DNA of 63,368 nucleotides, counting the filler, from Octopus bimaculoides (lineage: Eukaryota), in NCBI RefSeq assembly GCF_001194135.2. It is 6 parts of 6 records of this genome, joined end to end, with 100 filler letters (N's around TTAATTAATTAA, not from the genome) between each part and the next. Parts side by side here need not be neighbours in the genome. Positions count along the whole stretch, not along the records: positions 1 to 22,837 come from NC_068994.1; 5 more parts are not named here. One strand, given 5' to 3'. A program made the translations under genes and the position numbers. This document shows positions 1 through 13,710 of the stretch, in pieces (position 1 is the first letter of the stretch; each line of letters begins with the position of its first letter). Below the pieces are notes generated by a model that was not told the origin of the DNA, did no database searches, and saw only the letters and a program-made list of their open reading frames with translations.

Positions 1-31
<31 letters not shown>

Positions 32-129
32 ACCATCTCTGTTACTTTACATTAATCATGCCTTCCAAACATCTTGCTGGTCCCACAAACCATTCTCTCT
101 TTTTTTTTTTTTGATAATTTGGTTATTTA

Positions 130-400
130 TCTTAGTTCTTTAATTCTGACATGGTCTGAGAGCTTAGTGTTAGTAATAATTCGCACTACATGATTCTGAA
201 AGACTTCCAGTTTCAACAAAAATCCAGTTGACACATTCTAGTCGATATAAAACTACTGGAAGAACATAAGTGTTGTAGATAGTTGATTTTGTGTGGTATG
301 GGATTCGTTTCCAAGTAAATACAATTTTGGCTGCCCAACCAGATCTGATTCTATGATTCGCAGCTATCATTCCATCCTTTTTTGAAGAGAGTTTACATCG
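130..400 (-). mobile_element. RTE-clade LINE reverse transcriptase C-terminal fragment (degenerate)
   Basis: ORF 170-370 reads HRIRSGWAA...IPYHTKSTIYNTYVLPVVLY, resembling the post-RT region of RTE ORF2 (RI..GW....K..IY...VLPVLLYG). Family assigned by recall. Confidence 0.7.
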
Positions 401-559
401 TCGGCAGATGAATTCAGATAGATATTCATCTTCAGTGTTGGAAAGTACAGCGGCGATTACAATACAGAAGAGTGTAGCTGAAAACTACATCTCCTTACTT
501 TACTCCTTTTAAGTGACAATATCAGTTTTGATGAAGGCCTAGATTTATGTTTTTCTTGT

Positions 560-930
560 AGAACATTCAACAAAAATAGTCGACGAAAACATCTTCTGGT
601 GTTGTGAATCTATATTTAAACATCATCACGACTAAGGAATTGAAGCCATTAAATTCTGGTTGGATTCCACGGTCCACAGATGAACTCCACAATCGCATTT
701 ATGATAGGACTAAATTTTGTTCTAGAAAATAATTACTTTATGTTCAATAACAAATGTTTTCGAAAAAACCTGGGATTGCGATGGGAACGAAAACTGGCCC
801 TCCTTTGCAAATCTAGTTACAGGCTGCCAAGAGATTATGCTATACCGAAAAAAGAAAAACAAAACAATAGCTATATATGGAAATCAACGATTGCATATTT
901 ATCTGTATTTTTGCGCAGTCTTTTCTTCAT
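560..930 (+). mobile_element. Penelope-like element RT fragment (frameshifted)
   Basis: Across frameshifts it reads VNLYLNI.HD.GIEAIKFWLD...LNFVLENNYFMFNNKCF...GIAMGTK..P.FANLV, matching the PLE RT motifs (NNYF.F....Y.Q..G.AMG...AP..ANL). Confidence 0.75.
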
Positions 931-1157
931 CCTGCCTTGATCATATTTAACACAGCAACTATGTTTCAAATTTCATATTTTATTTTTATTTCGCGGTGAA
1001 ACAGTTTACTCATCTCATTCAAATAATTAATTATGTATTTTTATATATTAATTATTTAAGGATAATATATCCTTGTATATTTATATTTTAATTGAGGAAA
1101 CAGTTAAAATATCAATGATATCTTTGCTTTTTTACTCTTATGCATATATATATATAT

Positions 1158-1159
1158 AT

Positions 1160-1237
<78 letters not shown>
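1158..1237. repeat. (TG)n microsatellite
   Basis: Direct inspection. Confidence 0.95.
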
Positions 1238-1238
<1 letters not shown>

Positions 1239-1724
1239 CGTGCGCGCGCAAATACACTATAATTCTCGACAAGAGAGTATACCCTTACTCTATGACAATG
1301 TTGGTATTATAACATCTCCACCTCTTGACAATATTTGAGTTTAAAACCTGGAAGTTTATAATCCCCACCCTATTGGCTTTCATCAACTTCAATGCAATAA
1401 CACTCACACACGTTCTCTCTGCCTATGTTGTACATTAGTCACTAAATCTACAAGATAACGCATTCTAGGTAATGATTGATATACAAACATTTTCAATAAA
1501 AGAATATCCATGTTTCTTACAGCGCCAAAGTTGATGAGAAGAGTAGAAATAACAATTCTTCATTTGTTGATCCCACACCTTTCTAAGTAGCTGTAACTGC
1601 AAAATTGTCTTAGAACAAGGTTAGAAATACTTTTATATACAAATTTATGTATGTTGCCTGACTTATAATGTGTTATACTCATTTATATGTCCTGGATATG
1701 ACTTTAATCTGCATCCGTAGTGAG

Positions 1725-1850
1725 GCCCTGATTCGAGACTTCCGAGGTTTTGAGGAATGTGGAATTACCTCTTAGTCACTATTGTTCCCACGTCTTCTCT
1801 GACTCGGACTTGTCAGGGTCCCAACTATAGGTTAATTAGCAGATTAGGGA
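1725..1850 (+). mobile_element. Degenerate SINE-like fragment
   Basis: gattcgagact...ggaattacctct...ctctgactcggact...gtcagggtcccaactataggttaattag resembles a recurrent SINE body I recall from mollusc genomes. No second copy in the window. Confidence 0.35.
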
Positions 1851-2309
1851 TTGTTCACCAATGCACGTGAAGACGTAATCCGGCAGACTCTATGGAAGAA
1901 ACACTCATGGGTCAACGGGGGTGGGGGTGATTCCAGTAACGCATCGTGGTGTGCAGAGACCAAGAGGAGGCAAGTAAGACATCTTGATCATCCACTGAAT
2001 CCGTCTCCATCTCCAGTCGTCTTAACCTAGTCTTGCCACGAGAGAGTGAGGCCGATGGTATGCAACTCTTCTTCACTTTAAACAAATCCATTACGCATGT
2101 CATCAGTCATCCTTAAGGATGACTAGATGGTCAGTGACAGTTTAACTGACTAACGAGTATAATGTGTTGCATAATTTTTCACAAAGACACGCGCACACGC
2201 AAAGGCATACGTTTGTTATAATCTTGTTTATATAAGGCAAATTAAATATATATCAAATATGTTTTATATCTACTTAGCTACATATATGCGTGCTGTGTGT
2301 ACACCAAAT

Positions 2310-2700
2310 GAGGTTTATTTTTCAACATAGTACCCCTTGCGATCCACTCTCTTCTTCCATCGGTGTTGCTGTACTTGGATCCATTTAGTGAAGAAGGTTT
2401 TGTCCTGTTGGTAAAAAAAGTTATCAGCAGCAGATATGATGCCATCAATCCTGCGATACCGGTTCCCTGTCAAGTGACATTTGACAGCGAACCGGTATCG
2501 CAGGATTGATGGCATCATATCTGTTGTGTCCTGATAAAACAAGATCCCTTTTATCTGTTTTCCTGGGCATTTAATCTGGATAACCTTTCATAACTGCTTC
2601 AGCAAGTTGGCATAATACTCTCCATTGATGGTATCCCAAAAAACTAAAACTATCACCTTCCCAGAAGATAAAAGGACCACCACAATGAGGATTTCGTTCT
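2310..2700 (-). mobile_element. mariner transposase C-terminal fragment
   Basis: ORF 2315-2542 ends ...FFTKWIQVQQHRWKKRVDRKGYYVEK*, the typical mariner C-terminus (RW.KCVD..G.YVEK). Confidence 0.8.
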
Positions 2701-3861
2701 CTTTCTTATTTATTTGGGGAGAAGGTCGATAAAGGTAACTATACCGAGGGGTCTCATCAGATTTAGACCTTTAGATCATCGCATGTACAGTGCTCGATAG
2801 AAGTGATACTTTCCTGGCTGTTAAGAGAATGAGGCAGGAGAACTAGTTTGGGACTACACAACAGGTTCATTTCCATGTAAACAACAACATGGGTAGCAAT
2901 TCTATTTGCAACAGTAACATCTGTAATAGCAGTCACCAGCAACAGTAGCAAGAACATCTACTTCATCTGCAGCAACACTTTCAGCAACCAAAGTCACTAG
3001 TGGAAGAAAATTTCAACCCAACACAACTCCCTCCCTTCCTCTCACACAGATACATGCACAAAAATAAACATACATACACAAAAACATACTATTACCCCCG
3101 TCCAAGTAAAAACTTTTCAACTCGGTAACTTCACTTTGCAGTGAGAAGGAGGAGCCTGGAAGATTAAAGAAACAAAAAAAAAAAACAAGAAAAATGAAAG
3201 CACATATACATGGCGCTAATACAAACGAGAAAGCCACTCCAAACTCTCCCAATCTAATAGGAACAACATACACACTAACACCTCCACTGTCAGCAACTAA
3301 AAAAAAGCACACAAACACACAAGAAGATCGCCAACAGACAAACTCAACAACAACACAAATTCTCTCAAAAATACAAAAGGAACTAATGCCCAACTAGTCA
3401 GGGAAAAAAATCAAGAACTAATATCTTTCATAGCACAAAGGGAGACATAGATATGAAGGGAAAGCTTTTAACCCAAGGCAAAATATTTACAAATGGTTAG
3501 GCTCCCCCTAAAAACATACAAAGTATGGAGAGAAGGCTTTTAAAAAATTTTCCCAAGGAACCACAAGTAGACATGGAGACGAATGCTGCTTTTCTCATAC
3601 AGTATAATCGCCAAGGTAGGTGAGCCTTTGTCCTTTCTTTCTTTCCTCCCATCACGGCAACTCTAAAAGTATGATGTGTGAATGCACATGGGCTGGAGTC
3701 ACACTGGAAGCAGGATCAGCTGCTCAGTAACCGCAGATCATTGTGGTACCCGTCAGGGAGGACAGAACTTCAGACAAACGCACCTTGGTACCCATTTTCA
3801 CCAGTTTAGAGAATTTCACATCTTTTTTCAATCTGAAATTTTAGGCAATCCGGAATTTTAC

Positions 3862-4062
3862 GCGAGAATCCAGCATGCTGGACGAAATGTTTAGCAGTAT
3901 TTCGCCCGTCGCTACATTCTGAATTCGAATTCCACCGAGGTCGACTTTGCCTTTCATCCTTTAGCGGTCGATAAATTACGTACTAGTTAAACACTGGAGT
4001 TGATGCAATCCACTAGTCACCTATCCCAAAATTTCAGGCCTTGTGCATTTAGTAGAAAGGAT
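3862..4062 (+). mobile_element. tRNA-derived SINE with CORE-like body and (ATT)n tail
   Basis: B-box-like gaattcgaattcc followed by gaggtcgactttgcctttcatcct, a body shared with copies at 26610, 57018, 58027, 58935 and 59215. Ends agtagaaaggattattatc. Confidence 0.85.
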
Positions 4063-4074
4063 TATTATCATTAT

Positions 4075-4850
4075 TTTATTGTCTTTGCACAGCTTCTAAC
4101 GCTGGAGATGTACTACGGTGTCAGCTGTTCACTACCAGTGAACTAAGGTAACACCCCTTATTTTTTGAACGTCGTCCAGAGTATTCGAGCGGTTACAAGC
4201 AGTGCTGTTTTCTGCACGTGCTCCACACTTATTGCAGCCCCTATTTGTTCCCTGTACTTCTCAAGATTTTTACTTACTGTTCCCAGGGCTCCAACAATTA
4301 TTGGTACTACTACCACCTTTTTCAGCGACCACAACTGCTTAACCTCCCAAGCTAACCTGTCATATCTATCAACTTTTCTTTCTTCCTTATCACATACCTT
4401 GTTGTCAGCTGTGCAAGCTATATCTATGGTCCAGCATAGTTTGCTTTCTTTCTCAATTAAGACTATGTCTGGTTTCCTATTCTCTAACTCATGGTCGCAC
4501 TGAATCATAAAATCCCATAGGGTCTTTGCATTATCATTTTCAATGACACCTTCGGGTTTATGTTCGTACCACTTTTTTGCTCTGTCAAGTCTATACTTGT
4601 TGCAAAGTGTCCAATGGACAATCCTTGCTGTGTTGTCATGACGTCTCATATTCCTTCTGAGCTAGTGGCGTACATTGACTGATAATATGTCATACGGTTT
4701 CACCATTTTGTCCACAAATTCTGCACTTATCACTTTCTGATGTGTTATCTATTCTGTATTTTATGTAATTGGTTCTTAATGCTTGCACTTGGTCAGCACA
4801 GGTTAGAGCCTCCGTTTCTGGTTTAAATCACTTTTAGTCATCCATATCAG
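4075..4850 (-). mobile_element. R4/Dong non-LTR retrotransposon, 5'-truncated (CCHC knuckle + restriction-like endonuclease + 3'UTR)
   Basis: ORF 4158-4649 has RHD..ARIVHW, WDF.IQCD...NRKPDIVL..K....IDIAC and VPIIVGALG (PD..D RLE domain). Flanked by (ATT)n. Confidence 0.92.
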
Positions 4851-4916
4851 TCTTTATTATTATTATAATTGTTGTTGTTGTTGTTGTTGTTACTATTATT
4901 ATTATTATCATTATTA

Positions 4917-7870
4917 TTTGGTTTGACTCAAATTCAGTCTTATTCCTGACAGGATTTATGTGGATAGCGGGTTACAACCTGTAATTTTCGGCATCCACAA
5001 GTTTTCAGCAGTCTTTCAAGTGCTTAGAACACTCCTGATAATCCTTGCTGTCCCTAAGAGACAAACTTTCTGTAGGAACTCTATAGGGCATACTATTCCA
5101 ATCTCCTTCGGCCATTCGTCTATATCTTTGCTTACTGTTTCTAACGCACCAATTATTGTAAGTACGACCTTTAAAGTTCTCATACTCAAAAATTCATCCT
5201 ATTTCGAATTTTAAGGGATTGTATTTGTTTTGTTTTTCGTCCTTTTTCTTTTCGATCTTGGAATCAAACGGGCATGACAGTCGATTAGTAAGCAACATCA
5301 CTTTTTATTAGCTATAATTGTTATGTCGGTCTATTATTTTTTAACTTCTTATCCGTTTGAATAGGAAAGTCCCACAAAACCTTACATTTTTCCGACTCCA
5401 GTACTCTTTCCACTCAGTGATTTTACCATGTGTTTCCAGCTTCAAATCCTCATTTCTTTCAAAGTTTCCAGTGTAAAACTTTTACAGCCTAATCGTGCAT
5501 CCATTTCTTAAATTTTTCTTGTCCCAAGTTGGGGCATTCTTCCACAATGTGTGCCACTATCTCGTTCCAAGTTCCACAGGATCTACATTTTCCTGACACA
5601 TTCTTTCCATATATATTTCTTCTCAAGTTGTTTGTTTTTATCTCTTGATCTTTGGGATGCTACAATAAGGCTCTCTTGTTTCTTTTTTAATTGCCCCTGT
5701 TTCAGTATCTGCTTTTATTCACTGTTTTTGTTTTCTGTGCTGCTCTGTAGATACTCTACTAGGCTTTTCTTTTCCATCTGTTCACATTCTCCTGCTGCTG
5801 TTAAGCCTCTTCCACCCTGGTCTCTCCTCAAGTACAGCCGGTTGATATCAGTTTTCGGAGGGTGGACTCCATACTTTGTCAACAACTTTCTAGTTTTTCT
5901 GTCAGGTTATTTTCTATCATTTTTCGTCCAGTCTGTAATCCCAACTCCATATCTGATTAAGGGTACTGCTCATGATTTTATTGCTTCAATAAGATTTTTT
6001 GAATTCAGTTTTGACTGCAATAATTTTCTCACTCTCCTTGTGTACTCCTTACTGGTAATTTGTCTCATACCTTCATTTTTTATTTCGTCTATTTCCAGTA
6101 TTCCCAACTAATTATACCACTGTCTCGACCGCTCGTTTGGCATTTCAATTCCCAGACTTCTTTCAAATCTTCCTCGTTTCATGTTCAAAATAGTGCACTT
6201 TTCTATCCAAAATTCCCATACCTATGTCATTTGAGAAAATGCAGATAGTATGAGCAAGACTTTCAAGCTGTTTCTCAGTTTTACATAAACCTTTATATCA
6301 CCCATGAAAAGAAAATGATTTATCTGACCATTTCCTTTTCACAAATCGTAAGCTATTTTAACTTTTTGTAGCATCATAGTGAGCAGCGTCATGACCAATA
6401 CGAATAGTAATGAAGATAAACTATCACCTTGGAATATTCCGTCTGATGTTCACTTTTCCCGAGTCTTTGTTTTCTTCCAATCACTTCAGTGTTTCAATGT
6501 TTCATACTTTCATTAAGCATTTTCCCCATTTTTTTTTTTTTTTGTTATTCCAAACATGCTCATTGTTTTACTTATCCAACGGTCTGGTACCATGTCATAT
6601 GCTTTTTGTAATCTATCCATCCTAAGTCATCTTTTGTCGCCCTTCTTTATTTCCTGCATCCTTTCTGTTCTTCTGGAAGTAGATTGTTACTTTCCAGATG
6701 GTTGCATAACTCTTCCACCAAATCATAAGCTTCCACATTATTGGTTATAGGTCAAAAATCTGATGCCAAGTTCCCTTTCAAAGGATCCTTGAGTCATAGC
6801 AGCGTTCGTCCATTTGTTATCCATGCAGGGACGTAACCTTTCTGCAGGCAGTCATCCAATTGCGCATCGATCCTTTCATGCAACTATATAAAGTTCTTCA
6901 GCCAGTAACGTACTCCATCTGAGCCTGGTCCTTTCCAATTTGCTATTTTTTTAAACTTCTGTTTCACTGAATATTGATTAATTCTGACGTTCTTTGTCTT
7001 GGTACAGTTGCAAGTTGCCTTTCCAACTTTGTTAGCCACTCCGCGCTTTCTTTATGTCTCGCCGGACTGTTTCACAGCCCCACCCCAAATTCTTTACTTT
7101 CTTCCGGATCTGGAATCGGTTCTTGGTGTCGGCCTCCTTCTATTTCCTCAAAACGGTGCCTTCTATTTGATTGGAACAGCCTATTCTGTTCGAAACTTTT
7201 GCTTCTAGCATCATATCTTTTGAATTTGGCCTTTAATGCTGTCAGTTTTTGTGGCAATTCTTCATGTAGTTTGTTTTCCCCTTTCTTTTAACCTATGCTG
7301 TCCATTCAATTTTCTAATTATCACCTTATTCTTGAGTTCTCCTCTCATTATCCTATTCAATTGCCCCAGATCTTTCCGTGTCTTTTCCAACTTCATTCGC
7401 GTTCTCTTCCTCCAGTTGCGTTCTTTCTTTTCATTTGCTTTTATATCTTCAGTTTTGCGCTTGTAGTCTACTATATTATCCACGACATTAGCAGCAGCTA
7501 TGATTAGCTGGTTTCTTTTACTAATGTTTTCTGTTTTAGTCAAGCTTAAAACGTCGTTTACTGTGTTGTGGCTTTCCTCACTCATTCTCTGTCCATATAG
7601 CTTACATTTGGTGGTACTTCATTGTTTCCATCAGACATTTTCCCTCACAACATTTCTAAAAACGCATTCATCATTCAAGTCTTGTGCAGTACTTACTGTC
7701 ACCTGTCCAACAAGATCGCCTACATTAATTACTTTATCAGTATTCTTGTCTTCATTAGTTACTTTATCAGTAATCTCTGGTACTCTGCGATTTCCCTCTG
7801 TTTCATATTCTTAATCTCTCATCCATTCATTACCGCTTTTTTCTACTGTTGTTTCACTATCCTTCTGCTC
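4917..7870 (-). mobile_element. R4/Dong retrotransposon, ~2.95 kb, degenerate
   Basis: Minus strand reads GIFQGDSLS.LLFVLVM (~6390-6450), INHFLFMGDIK (~6290-6330), RLFQSNRR..FEEI (7072-7257) and a C-terminal RLE at ~4980-5400. Many frameshifts. (ATT)n on both sides. Confidence 0.9.
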
Positions 7871-7899
7871 TTATTATTATTATTATTATTATTATTATT

Positions 7900-8229
7900 G
7901 AGTGAGAGAGCAGTGCATCAAAGTGACACTGGGGTAAAATATACGAAGCCCATTATACCCATCATGACTACCCGTCTGATAAGGGTACACCAGGCACATG
8001 CATCACAACCATATATGCGCGACATGGTGATCTCGTATCAAGATAAACAGCGCATGGCCTTGCAGGTGGGGGTCCAGTTAGAATTTTCTTCAAGTCGAGT
8101 AGCCCATCCCGCTCAAAAGGTCCCTGAATAAGGTTTGTTTAAGGATGTTGAGCAAAACACCCATGTTTCTAAAGGCGAATTATTCAAACCCCAAAGAATT
8201 CCTCTCAACACATGGCTATGATGCTCCCC

Positions 8230-8230
<1 letters not shown>
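7900..8230 (-). mobile_element. Non-coding TAA-embedded element, 3' 330 bp (family also at 19195, 56120, 60402)
   Basis: Alignable by eye to 19195-19510 (gagtgagagag...ggggtaaaatatacgaagccc...ctcaaaaggtccctgaataagg...tggctatgatgctccccc). (ATT)n on both flanks. Confidence 0.85.
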
Positions 8231-8268
<38 letters not shown>

Positions 8269-8269
8269 C

Positions 8270-9450
8270 ATTCAGTATTATTTTTATCACGTGTCGTGTG
8301 TGCCTTGGGTATGTGCTGTGGTTTGTTGTGGTACTCTTATTTTCACTGTATTGAAAGTGTTTTACGTAAGATGTGTATGGTGCTTAGTAGTACTATTTTC
8401 TGTATGTTATATATATTTGATAGTCCTGTTGTTTTAGATACATATTTGTCTGAGTGATTTTTTTATCATACCTAATGCGCCTACTATTATATGAATTGTT
8501 TCTGATTTTAGGGTTACTTCTATTTCCAGATCTTTGTATTATGAGAGTTTTTCCGTTACATTTAGAGAAACGTTGTCATCTGTTGGTATTGATACATCGA
8601 TTAAAAGGCAGTATTTTTCTTGGTGATCTCTGACAACACTACCCGGTCTATTAGCCTTGATTTCTCTGTGTGTATTGGTATATCCCAGAATATGGTTGCT
8701 TTCTCATTTTTTGTGGTCTTTTCTGGGGTGTGCCTATACAATCTTTTTTCTTGTTGTCATTCCATAGTGTTGGCATAGCTTCCACTGTATATAGGTCTCA
8801 ACTCTGTCATGCCTCTGAATATATTCCTTCCTAGCCAGGATTGGGCAGCCGTAGACAATATGCTTTATTGTTTCTTCGCCATCAACACATATTCTGCAGT
8901 TACTTATATTTCTTTTCATTATGTGTTTTTGGTAATTTCTGATGGGAAGGCTTTGATCTTGTGCCGCAATTAAAAATCCTTCAGTATCTGTTTTGAGTTC
9001 AGAGCTTCTCAGCCATTGTTGGGATTTTGCTACGTCCATTTCTTTTGCGTTTAGTTTAACTCAGTATTTGCTATGAAGGAGCTTTTCTTGCCATCGTTTT
9101 ATTATGATCCGTTGTTGTTCCAGTTACAGCTTGACTTTCAGTTGTTTTACAGCTTTTGTTGTTTCTTCTTTTTTCTTCATAGTTCTTTCCCGTATTTTTC
9201 AGCTTCTTTAAAGAGAGAAAACAGTTTTGGGTTATTTGTACCAGTTTTCTTTGCTTCTGAAACAGGTAATCGTATGTGTAATCGTATTGTGTAATCGTAT
9301 AGTAGTTATTTTATGATAGTTTTCTAACTGTATAAGGATTCTACCACCTTCACTGTACAAGTTGACTCCATCTCACCCAAAGACATCAAGAGACAACAAG
9401 TTAGAAGTTCAAGCTGGTGTTATGACTAGGCTCTCATATATTTGGTTTTG
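8270..9450 (-). mobile_element. R4/Dong 3' fragment
   Basis: ORF 8734-9039 reads QWLRSSELKTDTEGFLIAAQDQSL...CRICVDGEETIKHIVYGCPILA..YIQRHDRV. Its 3'UTR matches 19773 and 60127. Confidence 0.9.
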
Positions 9451-9559
9451 CGCAAAGAATTGTTCTAGAGATTGTCTAAGAAAGCATTATCAGTTTATTT
9501 TAAAAGTTGGGATAACATAGATAGAATTTTACGTAGGATATGAGCATTTCTCATGGACA

Positions 9560-12500
9560 CTATTTTTTTAATTATTTTTGCTATTTTTGGATTTCCTAGT
9601 ATCTGAGCTGGGTGGTAATCAGTCTCTCTGCTATCATTTCTCGGGCACCTATGACAACAGGTATTGTTTTAGTCTTGAGCTTCCTCATTTTGCCAATTTC
9701 TATTTCACGATCTTTATATTTGCTCAGTTTTTGGTAGGTCATTACAGATATATTTATGTCGATTGGAACAGTCATATAAATGAGGAGGCATGATTTTTGT
9801 CTGAAGTCTTTCAAGTTTGGCCTATTCACATCTATCTTTCAAACTGATAAGTTTGAACGGTGAAGTTCCAGGGGAGTGAGACGTGGTCATTTTCAAGCAC
9901 TGGAGGTAGTTTGTGTTCCCACCAGTTTTTATCATGGGGCAGGTTCAAGTTTTGCAAGGTACCCAATGAATATACTGTGCTGCTCTTTCATGGCTGTTGA
10001 GACGCTCTGTAGGCACAAAAAGACTGCACATGGAAACAACATGGTCGATGGTTTCATTTTATTGTTTACGTACACGACATGTTGGGCTACTGCCGTTCTT
10101 TAATATGTTGGGCTATTGCCGTTCTTTAATATGTTGGCCTAGTAGTTCCTTGTAGGTAGGCATTGATCTTGGGCTGCTATGCTAAACCCTTCTGTTTCTA
10201 ATTTTATGTCAGAAGACACTAATCATTGATGGGTAAGGGCTTTGTCAACATTGGCATTGTTAGCTCTCTTCGAGTATTTGCCGTTGAGAGGTTTTTCTTG
10301 CCATCTAACGGTAAGACTAACGGTAAGGCAGCAGTTTTAGCACGGATTTTCATACGCTTAACTTTTTCTGTGCTTGTTTCCAGTACATTTAATTCTGATA
10401 TTTGTTGTATTTGGAATTCACTTAGATATTTCTTTGCCTGTTTTATTACTGAGTATGATGTTTTCTTGTTTTCATGCTTTAAGAAAAGTTTTAGCATCCT
10501 GTCATCAAACTTTTTTCAGGTAGGTGTTTAGGCCAATTGTGGCAATCTTCATTGTTAATTCCAGCTGTAAAAGTCCACGGCTACCCTCTTTCCTTGGTAG
10601 GCAAAGTGGTTCTATATCTGCCTTAGGGTGGTGCATTCTATGCATTGTCAACGTTACATATTTCAGTTATCGACCAGTTAATAACATTGAAACCGTATGG
10701 CTATGGCTAAAGCATTGATCCCTTCGATCCTGTTTCTTGCATTCATCTCTGTCTTGAGTATTGACCTTACCCTGTGATAACATCCTTTCTCTCATCTTTT
10801 CCCCCGTCATTGAATGTTTGATTGCATCATCTTCAAATTCCCCTAGGTATTTGTAGCTCTCCGCTGGTTCTAAATCCTTCACAACATTCTCTTGGTCAAA
10901 ATTGACGTTGGATGTTTCTATCATTTTCCTCTGATAAAGGTAGCTTTTGCACATTTATCGAGGCCTGTCATCACTGAACTTTTAACATTTGCTGGTAAGC
11001 ACTGTCGTTGTCAGTCATTTTTTGTAAAGTTCTTTAAATCATCCATGTAAATGAGATGATTTATATTTTCATCAAACATTTTTAAGCCATATTGTGCATT
11101 ATCGAGCAATTTCGAGAGAGGCATTAAGGCTAAACAAAAGAAGAGTGGTGATAGAGAGTCACCCTGGAAAATGCCACATGAAATTCTTACATCTCCAACA
11201 TTGAGAGATTTATTGTCACTGTGCAAAGTCACCATGATCTCATACTTCCAGACAAGACGTTTCGCAGAGTAGGTGCTATTTTATACATTTCCAAACATTT
11301 CTTAATCCAGCTATGTGGTAGACTATCAAAAGCATTTTTTATAGTTTATCCAGGCTATCGACAAGTTCTTGTGTTGTTTGTATCAATCTTCCAAGATGAG
11401 TAGCTGATCTTTACAATCATATGACCCACGTTTACATTCTTTTTGCTTGTTAGGAAAGATGCCACTTTCTTTTAAGAAGCTATAGGTGTATTCAGTCAAG
11501 ATAGATGTTAGTATTTTATACTTTGTTGTTAAGCAGGTTATAAGTCTGTAAGTTTTGGATTCATTTGTTTCTTCATTTTTTAGAAGTAGAAATGTAACAC
11601 CATTAACTAACCAATATGGAATCATACTAAGTTGTTGCAAAACACTGTTGTAAAGTTTTGTTAGAAGTCCATAACGCCCTGGGAAGGCATTCAACCAGAA
11701 GTTAGAAATTTTATCCTTTCCTGGAGATTACCATTTGCTTGAGAGCAGATCTTAATCCTCTACCTTGATACCCACCACTTTTGCTCTTCTAAGGAGTCTA
11801 AGTAAGTAGATATTCTAGCAGTCATTGTGTGTTTTTTCTTTTCTACTGCCCAAATTTCATTCCAAAATTTGTGCACTTCTTTTGATGGGACAGACTTTAT
11901 TGTAATTGGTATTTTGCCTATCTTCCTGTAAACATTTGGAGGTTGTTTTTGAATATGTTGTTTTCCTTGAAGACCGTAACACGTTTTTCATACCTTGCTA
12001 TGCGGGCAGCTTTAGTACATAGCTTTTGCTTGATAGTTTCTATGGTGGTATCGATGTCAAGTATGGTTTTCATATTATATTTTTCTTTAATTTTCGGGTT
12101 TTTGTTGGTTTGATACTCTTGTCAAACTTAAGGTTTTTTAAACATTCTATGTCAAACCTAAGTAACTGAATTTGGAGTTGAAATAGGCTTTTTGTGGGAA
12201 TGTTGTCGTTTTCTAATCTTTTCATCACATAGAATCGTTGAGATCTTCGCGGATGCATAGTACAGGTGGTTGAGATCTGTAATATCAACATCATTAGCTG
12301 AAATTCTGTCCTTAAGTGCAAGGTGGATTTTACCAATTACTTTCAGGTTTTGGTTTCAATTGCAAATTTTTGGGAGAGTGTCGCGTTCATTCATACTGGT
12401 TTCTTTAATTTTCAGCCATTCAATCATGGTTTGATTTTTTAGATCATGTAGTTCTGTTGGGTCAATTTCTGTGTGACATTCTTCATCTATTTGATTTTCA

Positions 12501-13710
12501 TCTGCCTTTGTGTTTATGGCTGGTTCAGAGAGTATTTCACTTTGCTTATCAGTTACATTAACTCTTTCAAACATTACTGCATTTTCATCAGACCTGGGTT
12601 GATCTATAATCATTTCCTCACTAGTATCTTCTTTAGCTGCAGGTTCGTTTCTTTTATCCCTTACTGGTTCTTTAATTTGGTCAGTCTCTAATTCAGTTAG
12701 TAATTTCTGTTTTATATTGTTTCTTCTGACGTTGGCAAGTTTGTTACTATCTATGTGGGATCAAGGGGCTTCTCTCTCCAGTTTAGCTAGGTTTGTTCAG
12801 TATTAGATTTTTCATTTTTTCTTTTGGTTATTTGATGACGAGCGTTGAAGGACATCTGTTGTAATATTTCGGTTGGGAAGATTTGAACCAGTAGCTGATT
12901 TTTCGTACTAAACTGGTTCATCAGTCGAGTACGCGGTCCTTGGTGTTCCGGGTGACAACTGATTAGGTTTGCATTTTGCTTTGTTACCACTGAGGCATGA
13001 CGAGCTTGGACGTTGACATTTGGGGACGGATCTGTCAGTTTAGCGTTATCCTTTTGAGACAACACCGCCTCCGAGTTCTCTGAATGAAAACATTGTTCGT
13101 AACGTAGCTTCTAAAGGCTAACAGATCTGTATTCCTCTGTATTAATTTTTTTGACAGATTTATCTCCGGTCATAGTTTTTTTGTGGTGATTTTAAACTTA
13201 TGAACTGTACACTGTGTTAGTTCGGAGAAAATTGTCTTATTGTTTTCTTTCGTTTGTGACACGTGCTTTCATACGCGTGTATGCGTGTCCTGTAAATTTC
13301 ACGTAGTTGTATAAACATTGAAGTGTATTTGTAGTTCTATGGGTATTAAAATGTATATATAATTGTATAGACATCCGAGTGTATGCGTAATTAATCAATT
13401 TACGTACTTACTGTTTTGTTCCACTTATATTTTATAATTTGTAAACTTTGATTTCGAACGTGTCTTTCGCCCATGCTTCACTGAGACATCGTGCATGGGA
13501 GAAACTGTGCATAGTATAGCAGTAAAATTTCGTATTCTGTGATTATTTTCGTTAAAAGCCTGCTTCCTTCAAGTCTTCCACAGGTTCCTTTTTCCCATTC
13601 CACCTATGTTATTAGATTAGATTTGTTTTTGTATGGAGAGCCCGGTGCAGCACGTCCATGCAGTTATTCAGATTGGGGCTGAATCTTCCATTCAGCGCGG
13701 AGCTGAATAT
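9560..13710 (-). mobile_element. R4/Dong retrotransposon, near full length (~4.1 kb) with putative 5'UTR, degenerate
   Basis: RT motifs GIFQGDSLSPLFFCLAL and INHLIYMDDLK (11011-11235), YRLITCLTTKYKILTS (11383-11694), an N-terminal region to ~13065, a non-coding stretch to (ATT)n at 13710, and RLE at 9560-9830. Confidence 0.88.

Noticed and set aside
4165-7814. Many plus-strand hydrophobic ORFs (e.g. 5551-6111, 7622-8131)
   Set aside because: Antisense shadows of A-rich Dong ORFs plus (ATT)n poly-L/I/Y runs. They are not membrane proteins.
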